Source: Candidatus Paraprevotella stercorigallinarum (GTDB lineage: Bacteria > Bacteroidota > Bacteroidia > Bacteroidales > Bacteroidaceae). Taken from it: 36,897 nt of DNA. Under the pieces are notes generated by a model that saw only the letters and a list, made by a program, of their open reading frames with translations, was not told the DNA's origin and did no database searches. The translations under genes and the position numbers were made by a program. Where the stretch lies: NCBI GenBank assembly GCA_019115585.1, contig DXDI01000054.1:1-36897 (forward strand), read 5' to 3'. Position 1 is the stretch's first letter. The number at the start of each line of letters is the position of its first letter. Shown here in pieces: positions 20,100 through 30,361 of this stretch.

Positions 20100-22532
20100 A
20101 TGAAAAACAATCTTTTTAACCGATCAGGTATTTGGGGTATTATTTTAGCCGTATTATGGCCTGTTGCCGCCCATGCAGGGAATGATGACAGTAACTTGAA
20201 GCTTAAGTACAATCGTCCGGCTACTTATTTTGAGGAAGCCTTGGTCATCGGTAATGGAACCATGGGGGCGATAGTTTATGGCGGTCAGGATAAGGATGTC
20301 ATTTCACTTAATGACATCACTTTGTGGACTGGAGAACCGGATCGTGAGGTCACTACACCGGACGCATATAAGGCCATTCCGGAAATTCGGGCATTATTGG
20401 AAAAGGAGGATTACAGGGCTGCTGACCGAACGCAGAGAAAGGTACAGGGACATTATAGTGAGAATTATCAACCATTGGGGCGTTTGAACATCACTTACCT
20501 GGGACGGTCAGCTTCCGTGAAGAATTATGAGCGTGTTCTGGATATCAGTCAGGCTATAGCCAAAACGACCTATGAGGTAGGAGAAAAACCGTTTGAATGT
20601 GATTATTTTGCATCTGCACCGGATTCGGTGATCGTTTTAAGAATACGGTCGGAAGAAGAAGGAGGAATTAAAGCAATTTTGTCTTTTGATTCCCAATTGC
20701 CACATTCCGTGCAGGCCGGTGGAAATGAAATCTCTGCTGAAGGTTATGCGGCATATCATTCTTATCCCTCCTATTATAATGAAGTCGGTAACAAACATTT
20801 GTATGATCCGGATCGGGGCGTTCATTTCAGAACATTGATCCGTGTTTCCGTATCAGACGGGAGCGTCAAAAGCTATGCCTCGGGAGAACTGAAGTTAGAC
20901 GGTGTGCACGAAGCTTTGATTCTGGTTGCCAATGTGACTAGTTTTAACGGGTTTGATAAAGATCCGGTTCGTGAAGGACGTGATTACCGTAAAAAGGTGG
21001 AGCGGCGGATGGAGCAGGCTTCAAAAAAGGAATATGCGGAATTGCGCGATAACCATGTATCGGATTATCAATCATTCTTTAATCGAGTGAAGTTGGATCT
21101 TGGTCAGACGGCTTCGGAAATATCCGCATTGCCTACAGATGAACAATTGTTGCGTTATACGGACGAATCCCAGTCTAATCCGGAACTTGAAGCTTTGTAT
21201 TTCCAATATGGACGTTATTTGTTGATTTCATGTTCACGTACTCCGGGTGTTCCTGCCAATCTTCAAGGTTTGTGGAACGAACAACTGTTGCCGCCATGGA
21301 GCTGTAATTATACCAGCAATATCAATGTGGAAGAGAATTATTGGGCTGCAGAAACGGCTAATTTGAGTGAGATGCACAGACCTCTAATGGATTTTATAGC
21401 TAATCTCAGTCAGACAGGACAGGTTACGGCAAAGGCTTATTACGGTGTGGAGAAAGGATGGTGTCTGGGGCAGAACACGGATATCTGGGCCATGACATGT
21501 CCGGTCGGTTTACACGTCGGTGATCCCAGTTGGGCCTGTTGGACAATGGGTGGAGCGTGGTTGTCTACCCATATCTGGGAACACTTCCTTTTTACGCAAG
21601 ATCGGGATTTTCTGAGAAAATATTATCCAGCCTTGAAAGGAGCAGCAGATTTCTGTCTTAACTGGCTGATCGAAAAGGATGGTTATCTTATTACTTCTCC
21701 GGGAACTTCGCCTGAAAATAAATTTATGACTCCTGATGGTTATGCCGGTGCTACTTCTTATGGATGTACTGCCGATTTGGCCATAACAAGGGAATGCCTT
21801 ACTGATGCCGTTAAGGCCGCAGAGATTCTTAATACGGACAAGGATTTTCGGAAACAAGCCAAAAAGGCCCTGGCGCGCATCTTGCCTTATCGGGTTGGTG
21901 AAAACGGAAATCTGCAGGAGTGGTATCATGACTGGAAGGATCAGGATCCCAAGCACCGTCATCAATCACATTTGTTTGGACTCTATCCGGGGCATCATCT
22001 GACGTTGGACAAAACACCCGATCTGGCAAAGGCTTGTGCACGTACGCTGGAGATTAAGGGAGATGAAACAACGGGATGGAGTACAGGATGGCGGGTTAAC
22101 TTGTTTGCCAGGTTGCATGATGCAGAAAATGCTTATCATATTTACCGTCGTTTATTGCGTTATATCAGTCCGGATGCTTATCAGGGGCCGGATGCCCGTC
22201 GTGGCGGTGGAACTTATCCCAATTTGCTGGATGCCCATTCTCCATTTCAGATTGACGGTAACTTTGGAGGATGTGCGGGGGTAATAGAAATGCTGATGCA
22301 GTCTACGGAACAGACCGTGACTCTCTTGCCTGCGCTGCCGGTTCAATGGAAAGACGGAAGTGTGAAGGGGATTTGTGCCCGTGGTGGCTTCGTGATAGAT
22401 ATGGAGTGGAAGGACAGTCAGGTGGTGGCGTTGACCGTTTATTCCCGTAAGGGTGGCAAAACGACTTTCTGTTATAATGGCCGTCAAAAGACCGTTAGGA
22501 TGAAAGAAGGTGAACAGATCAAGTTACTTTAA
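20100..22532 (+). CDS. GH95 alpha-L-fucosidase / alpha-L-galactosidase, exported
   Basis: Signal peptide; EALVIGNG, FQYGRYLLIS, PANLQGLWN, NIN, SPEN, HRHQSHL, PFQIDGNFG. Confidence 0.95.
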   Translation: MKNNLFNRSGIWGIILAVLWPVAAHAGNDDSNLKLKYNRPATYFEEALVIGNGTMGAIVYGGQDKDVISLNDITLWTGEPDREVTTPDAYKAIPEIRALLEKEDYRAADRTQRKVQGHYSENYQPLGRLNITYLGRSASVKNYERVLDISQAIAKTTYEVGEKPFECDYFASAPDSVIVLRIRSEEEGGIKAILSFDSQLPHSVQAGGNEISAEGYAAYHSYPSYYNEVGNKHLYDPDRGVHFRTLIRVSVSDGSVKSYASGELKLDGVHEALILVANVTSFNGFDKDPVREGRDYRKKVERRMEQASKKEYAELRDNHVSDYQSFFNRVKLDLGQTASEISALPTDEQLLRYTDESQSNPELEALYFQYGRYLLISCSRTPGVPANLQGLWNEQLLPPWSCNYTSNINVEENYWAAETANLSEMHRPLMDFIANLSQTGQVTAKAYYGVEKGWCLGQNTDIWAMTCPVGLHVGDPSWACWTMGGAWLSTHIWEHFLFTQDRDFLRKYYPALKGAADFCLNWLIEKDGYLITSPGTSPENKFMTPDGYAGATSYGCTADLAITRECLTDAVKAAEILNTDKDFRKQAKKALARILPYRVGENGNLQEWYHDWKDQDPKHRHQSHLFGLYPGHHLTLDKTPDLAKACARTLEIKGDETTGWSTGWRVNLFARLHDAENAYHIYRRLLRYISPDAYQGPDARRGGGTYPNLLDAHSPFQIDGNFGGCAGVIEMLMQSTEQTVTLLPALPVQWKDGSVKGICARGGFVIDMEWKDSQVVALTVYSRKGGKTTFCYNGRQKTVRMKEGEQIKLL

Positions 22533-22543
22533 TTGTATTGGTT

Positions 22544-23929
22544 ATGATAAACAAGAGAATAGCATTTTGTCTTCTGGCTGTTTTGCTGGCTGGAAGATCG
22601 GTGAAAGGACAGGTTAATCCTTTCGGTAATCCCTTGGTACCCGATATGATTGCGGATGCGAGCATACAGGAAATTGACGGCATGTTTTATTGTTATGCCA
22701 CTACCGATGGCTATGGTCGTGGCTTGGAAACATCCGGCCCGCCTGTGGTATGGAAATCAAAGGATTTCTTGAATTGGAGTTTTGACGGAATTTATTTTCC
22801 GTCAGCTGCCAATGAGAAATACTGGGCGCCGAGCAAGGTTGTGCAGGCTAATGGAAAATATTATATTTATCCAACGATTAACGGCTATATGTATCCTGCG
22901 GTGAGCGATAGTCCGGACGGACCGTTCCGTCTGGCCCGTGGCAAGGATGAATTCTTGAAACCCTATACTTCAGGCTCAACCCTGTTGCAGACCAAAGACC
23001 CTTCCGGCATTGATGCAGAGGTCTTTATTGACGATGACGGTGAGGCTTATGTCTTTTGGGGACGTCGGCATGTGGCCAGACTAAAGAAGGACATGATGAC
23101 GGTAGATTCGGTGATTAATGTCGTTCCTACGCCGCGTGGAGGATACTCCGAGGGACCAATCTTTTTTAAGCGAAAAGGGATATATTATTATTTGTATACT
23201 TTGGGAGGTAATGAGAAATACCAGTATGCTTATGTGATGAGTGAGGTCTCTCCCATGGGACCTTATAAGAATCCGGAACATGATATTGTTTCTACAACTG
23301 ATTATGAACAAGGTGTATTCGGACCAGGCCATGGCTGTGTATTTAATGTGAATGGTACGGATGACTATTATTTTGCTTATCTGGAGTTCAGCCGTCGTGG
23401 TACGAACCGCCAGACTTACGTGAACAAACTGGAATTTAATGAAGATGGCACTATTAAGCCAGTGAAGTTAGATTTGGACGGTGTGGGAGCCTTACGTCGT
23501 GTAAAAGGGAAAAAGAAGCTGGATATAGATTCTGTTTATGCTTCAAGTGTATCTCTTCCGTTGGCGATTAAGCCGATCAAGGATACTTTGTGCCGTCGTA
23601 CGGAGTATTTTGTACCGGATTTTGTGATTGACGGTTCGAATGGTTCACGTTGGATGGCCGATCCGGCGGATACGGATGCATGGATTGTAGCTGATTTGGG
23701 CAGAAAAAGAAAGATCCGACAGAGTGAGATCTTTTTTGTGCGTCCGACTGCCGGCCATGCTTACTGTCTGGAAGGTTCTGTTGACGGCGAGCATTGGCAG
23801 GTGTGCGGGGGACATGACGATTTGCGGGTTTGTTCGCCGCATACAGATTCTGTCAATCAAAAATTTCGTTTTTTGAGGATCCGCTTCAAGGAAGGTATGC
23901 AGGGTATTTGGGAATGGAATCTGTATTAG
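22544..23929 (+). CDS. GH43 glycoside hydrolase with a C-terminal F5/8 type C (CBM32-like) domain, exported
   Basis: Likely ATG 22544, signal VKG|Q; catalytic contexts IADA, WAPS, IDAE, SEGP, GPGH; C-terminal DGSNGSRW...DLG...SVDGEHW...RFLRI. Confidence 0.88.
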   Translation: MINKRIAFCLLAVLLAGRSVKGQVNPFGNPLVPDMIADASIQEIDGMFYCYATTDGYGRGLETSGPPVVWKSKDFLNWSFDGIYFPSAANEKYWAPSKVVQANGKYYIYPTINGYMYPAVSDSPDGPFRLARGKDEFLKPYTSGSTLLQTKDPSGIDAEVFIDDDGEAYVFWGRRHVARLKKDMMTVDSVINVVPTPRGGYSEGPIFFKRKGIYYYLYTLGGNEKYQYAYVMSEVSPMGPYKNPEHDIVSTTDYEQGVFGPGHGCVFNVNGTDDYYFAYLEFSRRGTNRQTYVNKLEFNEDGTIKPVKLDLDGVGALRRVKGKKKLDIDSVYASSVSLPLAIKPIKDTLCRRTEYFVPDFVIDGSNGSRWMADPADTDAWIVADLGRKRKIRQSEIFFVRPTAGHAYCLEGSVDGEHWQVCGGHDDLRVCSPHTDSVNQKFRFLRIRFKEGMQGIWEWNLY

Positions 23930-23952
23930 AGTCTCGAATTAAATTGCACTGA

Positions 23953-25527
23953 ATGAAATCTTTTTTTATTCCAATTGTCTGTCTCATTGTGAGCCTGGTT
24001 TCTTATGCCCAACAACCTCAGTGGGGAAACTGGGCTCAGTGGGGGGACCAGCATGACGGTACCTATATGAATCCGATTATCCCCTCCGATTATAGTGATA
24101 TAGACTGTATAAGGGTGGGCGAGGATTATTATGCGATATCTTCAACCTTCCAGTTTTCGCCCGGAATGACCTTGTTACATTCACGTGATCTGGTTAACTG
24201 GGAAATAACAGGGAATATCATCACAGATCTGACGCAGATCTCTGAGAGCCTGAACTGGACGAAAATGGAACGTTATGGACGCGGTGTCTGGGCTGGTACG
24301 TTACGTTATCATGATGGCCGGTTTTATTTGTTCTTCGGAACACCCGATGAAGGTTATTTCATGACTTCAGCTTCACGACCGGAAGGACCGTGGGAACCTT
24401 TGACGTGCCTGTTGTCCGAACCGGGCTGGGATGATTGTACAGTGATGTGGGACGATAACGGTGAGGCGTGTTTTGTCGGTACGCATTTTGCGGATGGATA
24501 TAAGACTTATCAGTTCCAGATGTCTTCAGACGGCAAGAAGATAGACCGGCAGTCTGCGAGAGTCATTAATTCGGGGAGTGGACGTGAAGCCAACAAGTTA
24601 ATCAAGAAAGGCCGGTGGTATTATCTGATATTCAGTGAACATCAGGCAGGTAAAGGACGGTATGTGATGGCGAAACGTGCAAGGAAGATGTTTGGAGATT
24701 ATAAAGAGGAAAAACAGTTGGCGTTGCCTTCACGTGATGCCATGGAACCTAATCAGGGTGGTATTGTTGAAGGTAAGGACGGACAATGGTACTTTTTGAC
24801 GCATCATGGAACGGGTGACTGGAGCGGTCGTATAGTCAGTCTTTTACCTGTCACATGGTCAGAAGAATGGCCGATCATAGGAGAAGTTCTGCCTCAGAAT
24901 ATCGGTACAATGGTTTGGCAGGGAAACATGCCTTCATCGGATGGTGCGGAACTTTTTATCCGTAAAAGTGATGATTTTGACGGGGATGGCATTGCACCGC
25001 AATGGCAATGGAATTATCAACCAAGAAAGGAAATGTATTCGTTATCGGAACGGCCCGGATGGTTGAGGCTTAAGGCTTTCCTTCCATTAAAATCAGATCA
25101 GTTAATGTATGCCGGTAATACGTTGACACAAAGAAGTTTCAGAAAACCGATAAATAAAGTTATTGTTAAACTGGATGTTTCGGCCATGGAGAATGGTGTG
25201 AGGTGTGGCTTGTGCCATTTCTCCGGACAGCATGCAGCGGTAGGCATTGTGATGGATGCCGGTCGGCGTTATATGGAATCCCGCATGAACAATCAGGTAC
25301 GGAGAGATACGTTGTTGCAAACCCGATTTGTCTGGCTCAAATCCGAGTGGGGGCTGGATGGCCTGTCTCATTTCAGTTATAGCATTGATGGAGAATATTA
25401 CAGGCCGATAGGAGAACCTTATCAAATGGTTTGGGGACATTATCGGGGAGACCGTATAGGTATCTATTGTTTTAATAATGAACGTGAGAGTGGCTATGTG
25501 GATATAGATTATTTCCATTACGAATAA
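23953..25527 (+). CDS. GH43 beta-xylosidase/arabinofuranosidase-like enzyme with a C-terminal beta-sandwich, exported
   Basis: Signal SYA|Q; NPII..DYSDID, SRDLVNW, GVWAG, WDD, REAN, NQGGIVE; C-terminal DDFD...PQWQWN...GWLRL...DIDYF. Confidence 0.9.
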   Translation: MKSFFIPIVCLIVSLVSYAQQPQWGNWAQWGDQHDGTYMNPIIPSDYSDIDCIRVGEDYYAISSTFQFSPGMTLLHSRDLVNWEITGNIITDLTQISESLNWTKMERYGRGVWAGTLRYHDGRFYLFFGTPDEGYFMTSASRPEGPWEPLTCLLSEPGWDDCTVMWDDNGEACFVGTHFADGYKTYQFQMSSDGKKIDRQSARVINSGSGREANKLIKKGRWYYLIFSEHQAGKGRYVMAKRARKMFGDYKEEKQLALPSRDAMEPNQGGIVEGKDGQWYFLTHHGTGDWSGRIVSLLPVTWSEEWPIIGEVLPQNIGTMVWQGNMPSSDGAELFIRKSDDFDGDGIAPQWQWNYQPRKEMYSLSERPGWLRLKAFLPLKSDQLMYAGNTLTQRSFRKPINKVIVKLDVSAMENGVRCGLCHFSGQHAAVGIVMDAGRRYMESRMNNQVRRDTLLQTRFVWLKSEWGLDGLSHFSYSIDGEYYRPIGEPYQMVWGHYRGDRIGIYCFNNERESGYVDIDYFHYE

Positions 25528-25630
25528 TCCGGTGTACACTTGCATGGGGGCAGATTCTTAAGAAAAGCGACAGAGCGTCATGGATTCTTAAAAATAAAGG
25601 TGCGTGATGATGATTATCGGAATAATCCTT

Positions 25631-25638
25631 TATATTTG
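25631..25638 (+). promoter_or_regulatory. -7 box TATATTTG for mnmA-xseA-xseB
   Basis: TATATTTGCA 19 nt upstream of ATG 25658. Confidence 0.6.
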
Positions 25639-25657
25639 CAGATAAAAAAAGTAGACG

Positions 25658-26800
25658 ATGAATCAGAAACGCGTATTGGTCGGCATGTCCGGCGGAATAG
25701 ACAGCTCTGCGGTATGCCTGATGTTGCAGGAACAGGGATATGAAGTGGTTGGAGTAACAATGCGGGTCTGGGATCTTCCGGCACAGTTCAGTGAGCCGGA
25801 CCAGATATATCCTGATTTTATTCAGGAAGCCAAAGCCTTGACGGCTCGTTTAGGTATAGAACATCATGTCGCTGATGAACGGGATGCCTTCCGTAAAGTG
25901 GTTGTGCAGAACTTTATCGATGAATATCTGGACGGACGTACGCCTAATCCTTGTGTCATGTGCAATCCGATGTTTAAGTTCAGAATGTTGACAGAATGGG
26001 CTGACAAGTTAGACTGTGCCTATATAGCAACGGGACATTATGTTCGGGTTAAGCAGGAAGACAGCCGTTATTTTATTTACTGTGGAAAAGATACAAGAAA
26101 AGATCAGTCTTATTTTTTATGGAGGTTGGGTCAGTCTGTGCTTGCACGTTGTCTGTTTCCGTTGGGAGAATTGACAAAGAACGAAGTACGCGATTATCTG
26201 GTTCGTAAAGGATTTGAGTTCAAGGCACGCCAGAGTGAGTCAATGGAGGTCTGCTTTATAGATAAGGATTATCGTGATTTCCTTCGCGAACAGGTGCCAG
26301 ATATTGATAAACGTATCGGCGATGGAAAATTTGTAGATATTCAGGGACGTACAATAGGCACACATAAAGGTTTTCCTTATTATACCGTAGGACAGCGTAA
26401 AGGACTTGGCATAGCGTTGGGTAAACCTGCTTTTGTCCTGCGGCTTAATGCCGCAAAAAATACGGTTATGTTAGGAGATGCGGAGCAGTTGCGGACTACT
26501 GACATGCTGTTGGCTAATGCCGTGATAGTGGATGAAAAGGCATTGTTTGAAAATGAAGTGGCGGTTCGCATACGTTACAGGAGCACCCCGATACCCTGTA
26601 GGGTGAAGCGGGTGAAAAATCTTTTTCCGGAGGAAAATAAAGGAAGCGATGAATGTTTGCTGGTACATTTTGGAGAAGCAGCCTCTGCTGTTACACCTGG
26701 ACAGTCAGCCGTATTTTATATCGGTGAAAAGCTGATCGGCGGTGCTATGATTATTTCTCAAAAAGGGTTGTCAGCTTACTTGGCAGGTTTGGCAGAATAG
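25658..26800 (+). CDS. mnmA: tRNA 2-thiouridine(34) synthase
   Basis: PP-loop [45 protein letters not shown]. Confidence 0.96.
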   Translation: MNQKRVLVGMSGGIDSSAVCLMLQEQGYEVVGVTMRVWDLPAQFSEPDQIYPDFIQEAKALTARLGIEHHVADERDAFRKVVVQNFIDEYLDGRTPNPCVMCNPMFKFRMLTEWADKLDCAYIATGHYVRVKQEDSRYFIYCGKDTRKDQSYFLWRLGQSVLARCLFPLGELTKNEVRDYLVRKGFEFKARQSESMEVCFIDKDYRDFLREQVPDIDKRIGDGKFVDIQGRTIGTHKGFPYYTVGQRKGLGIALGKPAFVLRLNAAKNTVMLGDAEQLRTTDMLLANAVIVDEKALFENEVAVRIRYRSTPIPCRVKRVKNLFPEENKGSDECLLVHFGEAASAVTPGQSAVFYIGEKLIGGAMIISQKGLSAYLAGLAE

Positions 26801-26813
26801 AAAACGGAGAAGT

Positions 26814-28112
26814 ATGGTTTCGCAGTTGACATTATATGAATTGAACAATCTCGTCCGCGGGACAGTTGAAGGCTCGCTGACTGATGACTATTGGATTCAG
26901 GCTGAATTGAGTGAAGTCCGGGAAGGTTATAATGGCCACTGCTATTTGGAGCTGATAGAGAAAGACAGTGCAGGCCGTCAGTTGATAGCCAAAGCCAGAG
27001 GAATGATATGGCATACCACATACTGTCTTTTAAAACCTTATTTTGAAAGAGAAACGGGACAGTTGTTTGCAGCAGGGATTAAGGTCCTGGTTCAGGTTAG
27101 CGTAACTTTTCATGAGTTGTACGGTTATTCACTTATAGTGAAAGATATTGATCCGTCTTATACGATAGGTGATATGGCGCGTCGGCGAAAGGAAATCCTG
27201 CAACAGTTGGAAAAGGAAGGTATACTGAACGACAACAAAGACCTGTCTTTCCCGTTGTTGGCCAATCGGATTGCTGTGATTTCTTCTGCCACGGCAGCTG
27301 GTTATGGTGATTTCTGTCATCAGCTTTATCAGAATGAATACCGGTTGAAATTCAAGGTCGGATTGTTTCCTGCTGTAATGCAGGGTGAGAAAGTCGAGCA
27401 ATCAGTGCTTGCTGCATTGGATGCCATACTGGCACAGTGTGATGAGTGGGATGTTGTAGTGATTATCAGGGGAGGAGGTGCGACCAGTGACCTGTCGGGC
27501 TTCGATACCTATTTACTGGCAGCAGCTTGTGCGCAGTTTCCATTGCCGGTTATTACCGGTATTGGGCATGAGCGGGATGATACCGTATTGGATATGGTCG
27601 CTCACACCCGTGTGAAAACCCCTACAGCGGCAGCGGCCCTGATCGTATCCCATCAGTTGGGAACGGCTTCCCGGCTTGAGGATTTGTGTAACCGGATAAG
27701 TCGGGATGCGCAAAACCGTATGCAGGTGGAGCGTGAACGTATGGAACGTTTATTGATAAGGTTGCCTTTGGCCTTTACCCGTATGCGGTCTGAAGGCGAG
27801 CATCGTTTGGAAGCTTATTCTTCCCGTTTGCAACATGCGGTCATTTATCGTACGGAGAAGGAACGGCATCGGCTTCAACTATATGCCGGCCGGTTAGAGC
27901 AGAAATGGCCGGTTATGCTGGAACGGGAGAAATTCCGTTTGCAATTGTTGAAACAACGTTGTGAGGCGGCTGATCCGGCACTTTTGCTTAAACGGGGTTA
28001 CAGTATGACTTATAAGGGGAAAATGCTGGTGAGAGACGCATCCCAGTTAAATAAAGGAGACGAATTGGTGACTGTATTGGAAAACGGTACCGTTCGGTCT
28101 ATTGTGAAATAA
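26814..28112 (+). CDS. xseA: Exodeoxyribonuclease VII large subunit
   Basis: OB fold GHCYLEL, RGGG, TGIGHERD, TPTAAA, LKRGYS. Confidence 0.95.
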   Translation: MVSQLTLYELNNLVRGTVEGSLTDDYWIQAELSEVREGYNGHCYLELIEKDSAGRQLIAKARGMIWHTTYCLLKPYFERETGQLFAAGIKVLVQVSVTFHELYGYSLIVKDIDPSYTIGDMARRRKEILQQLEKEGILNDNKDLSFPLLANRIAVISSATAAGYGDFCHQLYQNEYRLKFKVGLFPAVMQGEKVEQSVLAALDAILAQCDEWDVVVIIRGGGATSDLSGFDTYLLAAACAQFPLPVITGIGHERDDTVLDMVAHTRVKTPTAAAALIVSHQLGTASRLEDLCNRISRDAQNRMQVERERMERLLIRLPLAFTRMRSEGEHRLEAYSSRLQHAVIYRTEKERHRLQLYAGRLEQKWPVMLEREKFRLQLLKQRCEAADPALLLKRGYSMTYKGKMLVRDASQLNKGDELVTVLENGTVRSIVK

Positions 28113-28126
28113 ATAAAGTTCAAGAA

Positions 28127-28330
28127 ATGAAAAAGAGCACACTGACCTATGAAGAGGCTATGTCCCAACTGGAAGAACTGGTTCGTCAAGTGGAGAATAA
28201 CGAGCAGGGAATAGATAAATTGGCAGATCAATTGAAAAAAGCACAGCAACTCATTGCTTTCTGCAAAGACAAGCTTTATGCTACGGATGAAGAAATACAG
28301 AAAATTCTCAAAAATGGGGAAAAAGAGTGA
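28127..28330 (+). CDS. xseB: Exodeoxyribonuclease VII small subunit
   Basis: TYEEAMSQLEELV...CKDKL, directly downstream of xseA. Confidence 0.93.
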   Translation: MKKSTLTYEEAMSQLEELVRQVENNEQGIDKLADQLKKAQQLIAFCKDKLYATDEEIQKILKNGEKE

Positions 28331-28380
28331 TAAATTGAAATATTTTTCAGCCATTTTGCATTTTATATTCATTTTTTGTA

Positions 28381-28388
28381 TAAATTTG
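28381..28388 (+). promoter_or_regulatory. -7 box TAAATTTG for ilvE
   Basis: TAnnTTTG with TTTG at 28355..28358 (22-nt spacer). Confidence 0.55.
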
Positions 28389-28422
28389 TCTTCATAATGT
28401 AAGATACAAAAAATCTAAAGTG

Positions 28423-29445
28423 ATGAAAGAAATAGACTGGTCGAATCTGTCCTTCGGCTATATGCCGACCGACTATAACGTACGTTGCTATTATCGTAAC
28501 GGTGCGTGGGGAGAAATTGAAGTGTGTTCGGAAGCTACTATCAACATCCACATGGCTGCTACCTGTTTGCATTACGGACAGGAAGCTTTTGAAGGATTGA
28601 AGGCCTACAGATGTCCGGATGGTAAGGTGCGTGTATTCCGTATGGATGAGAATGCAGCCCGTTTGCAAAGTACTTGCCGTGGAATTCTGATGCCGGAATT
28701 GCCGACCGAACGTTTTGAGGAGATGGTTCGTAAGGTTGTTCGTCTGAATGAACGTTTCATTCCCCCTTATGAAAGCGGGGCTACTCTGTATATCCGCCCG
28801 TTGTTGATTGGTACAGGTGCACAGGTAGGTGTTCATCCGGCCAACGAATATCTTTTTGTGATATTTGTGACTCCGGTAGGTCCGTATTTCAAAGGTGGTT
28901 TTGCTACAAATCCCTATGTCATTATCCGTGAGTATGACCGTTCCGCTCCTTTGGGAACCGGTATCTATAAGGTAGGCGGTAATTATGCTGCCAGTCTGCG
29001 TGCCAATAAGATGGCTCACGATTTGGGATATTCCTGTGAGTTTTATCTGGACGCCAAAGAAAAGAAGTATATCGATGAGTGTGGTGCTGCCAATTTCTTT
29101 GGTATCAAGGATAATACTTATGTCACACCAAAATCCACTTCCATTCTGCCGTCTATCACCAACAAGAGTCTGATGCAGTTGGCTGAGGATATGGGTATGA
29201 AGGTAGAACAGCGTCAGATTCCGGAAGAAGAACTTTCTACGTTTGAAGAAGCCGGAGCCTGTGGTACGGCTGCGGTAATCAGCCCGATAGAACGCATTGA
29301 TGATCTGGAGAACAAGAAGAGTTATGTGATCAGCAAGGATGGCAAGCCAGGCCCTGTTTGCACAAAGCTTTATCATCATTTGCGTAATATCCAGTACGGT
29401 ATTGAACCGGATGTGCACGGATGGACTCAAGTTGTTATAGAATAA
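28423..29445 (+). CDS. ilvE: Branched-chain amino acid aminotransferase
   Basis: LHYGQEAFEGLKAY, LYIRP, PLP lysine in YKVGGNYA, ILPSIT, CGTAAVISP; start ATG 28423 (or GTG 28420). Confidence 0.96.
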   Translation: MKEIDWSNLSFGYMPTDYNVRCYYRNGAWGEIEVCSEATINIHMAATCLHYGQEAFEGLKAYRCPDGKVRVFRMDENAARLQSTCRGILMPELPTERFEEMVRKVVRLNERFIPPYESGATLYIRPLLIGTGAQVGVHPANEYLFVIFVTPVGPYFKGGFATNPYVIIREYDRSAPLGTGIYKVGGNYAASLRANKMAHDLGYSCEFYLDAKEKKYIDECGAANFFGIKDNTYVTPKSTSILPSITNKSLMQLAEDMGMKVEQRQIPEEELSTFEEAGACGTAAVISPIERIDDLENKKSYVISKDGKPGPVCTKLYHHLRNIQYGIEPDVHGWTQVVIE

Positions 29446-29478
29446 GCCGTTAGATTTAACCTTTTAAAAACAGATGCC

Positions 29479-30132
29479 ATGATAAGAGAAGCAAGTGCAT
29501 TGAGAGCAGCTGCCCGTCAGTCCCTGAATGGAAATTGGGGCGGTGCTGTGGTAGTGACTTTGTTCTACCTGTTGGTTTATGCTGGAGTACCGGCCGCATT
29601 TAGTATTTTTGAAGAAGTCTATCATATTTCTTTGGGCTTTTTCGGTAATGTTCTGCAGGTGCTGCTGATGCCTATAGCTTTCGGATATGCAGTCATTTAT
29701 CTCACGCTTGTACGTACGGGAAAGGAATGTAAGATTCAGGATCTGTTTGAGGGATTTCTGGATTATACACGCATTTGGGGTACGCAAATATTGATGGGAT
29801 TGTATATCATGTTGTGGACTTTGCTGTTTATTATTCCAGGCATCATTAAAAGCTATTCCTACAGTCTGACCAGCTATATACTGAAGGATGAACCGGAGCT
29901 GAAGTTTAATGCAGCCATAGAGCGGAGCATGGATATGATGAACGGACATAAGTTTGATTTGTTTTATCTTCATCTGACATTTATCGGCTGGGGAATACTT
30001 TCTTTGCTGACGTTGGGTATCGGCTTCTTGTGGCTTAATCCTTATATGATGACAGCTCAGGCTCAGTTTTACGAGGATGTAAAGGCGGAATATCAGGAGC
30101 GTCTGGGGCAGCAACCGGTTGAAAAAGCCTAA
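29479..30132 (+). CDS. DUF975-family membrane protein
   Basis: LRAAARQSLNGNW...LWTLLFIIPGIIKSYSYS...MMNGHKFDLFYL.LTFIGW...LWLNPY...AQFY pattern. Confidence 0.85.
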   Translation: MIREASALRAAARQSLNGNWGGAVVVTLFYLLVYAGVPAAFSIFEEVYHISLGFFGNVLQVLLMPIAFGYAVIYLTLVRTGKECKIQDLFEGFLDYTRIWGTQILMGLYIMLWTLLFIIPGIIKSYSYSLTSYILKDEPELKFNAAIERSMDMMNGHKFDLFYLHLTFIGWGILSLLTLGIGFLWLNPYMMTAQAQFYEDVKAEYQERLGQQPVEKA

Positions 30133-30178
30133 GGCTTTTACTCTTACATAAAGTAAGGCCAATAAACAGGATATATAG

Positions 30179-30218
30179 GGCATGGCAGGAATTGGATTTT
30201 CCTCGCTATGCCTTTTTT
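30179..30218 (+). terminator. Probable intrinsic terminator after ilvE-DUF975
   Basis: Imperfect stem GGCATGGCAGGAA...TTCCTCGCTATGCC followed by TTTTTT; a small AAAAGCCT-A-AGGCTTTT palindrome also spans the stop codon (30123..30139). Confidence 0.65.
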
Positions 30219-30325
30219 GCTGTGTTTCAACAAGGCATTCCTTTACGGAAGAATCCCGATTGGCATTCATGTGTATGCAAAAGCGGTTATTTGAATTTGA
30301 GTATGCGGATTTCAGAGATTTTTCG

Positions 30326-30333
30326 TATTTTTG
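30326..30333 (+). promoter_or_regulatory. -7 box TATTTTTG for trmB-apbC
   Basis: TATTTTTGCA 28 nt upstream of ATG 30362. Confidence 0.6.
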
Positions 30334-30361
30334 CAGATAAGACAAATATCAGTAAATATCT

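Noticed and set aside
25553-25591. GATTCTTAA repeated 30 bp apart upstream of mnmA, and the 67-aa ORF 25540..25743
   Set aside because: Only two short AT-rich copies, so not a CRISPR or convincing array; the ORF has a TTG start and overlaps the mnmA promoter and start.
28369-30345. Long antisense ORFs 28369..29430 (353 aa) and 29464..30345 (293 aa)
   Set aside because: They mirror ilvE and the DUF975 gene, lack domain motifs, and are explained by sense-strand codon bias.
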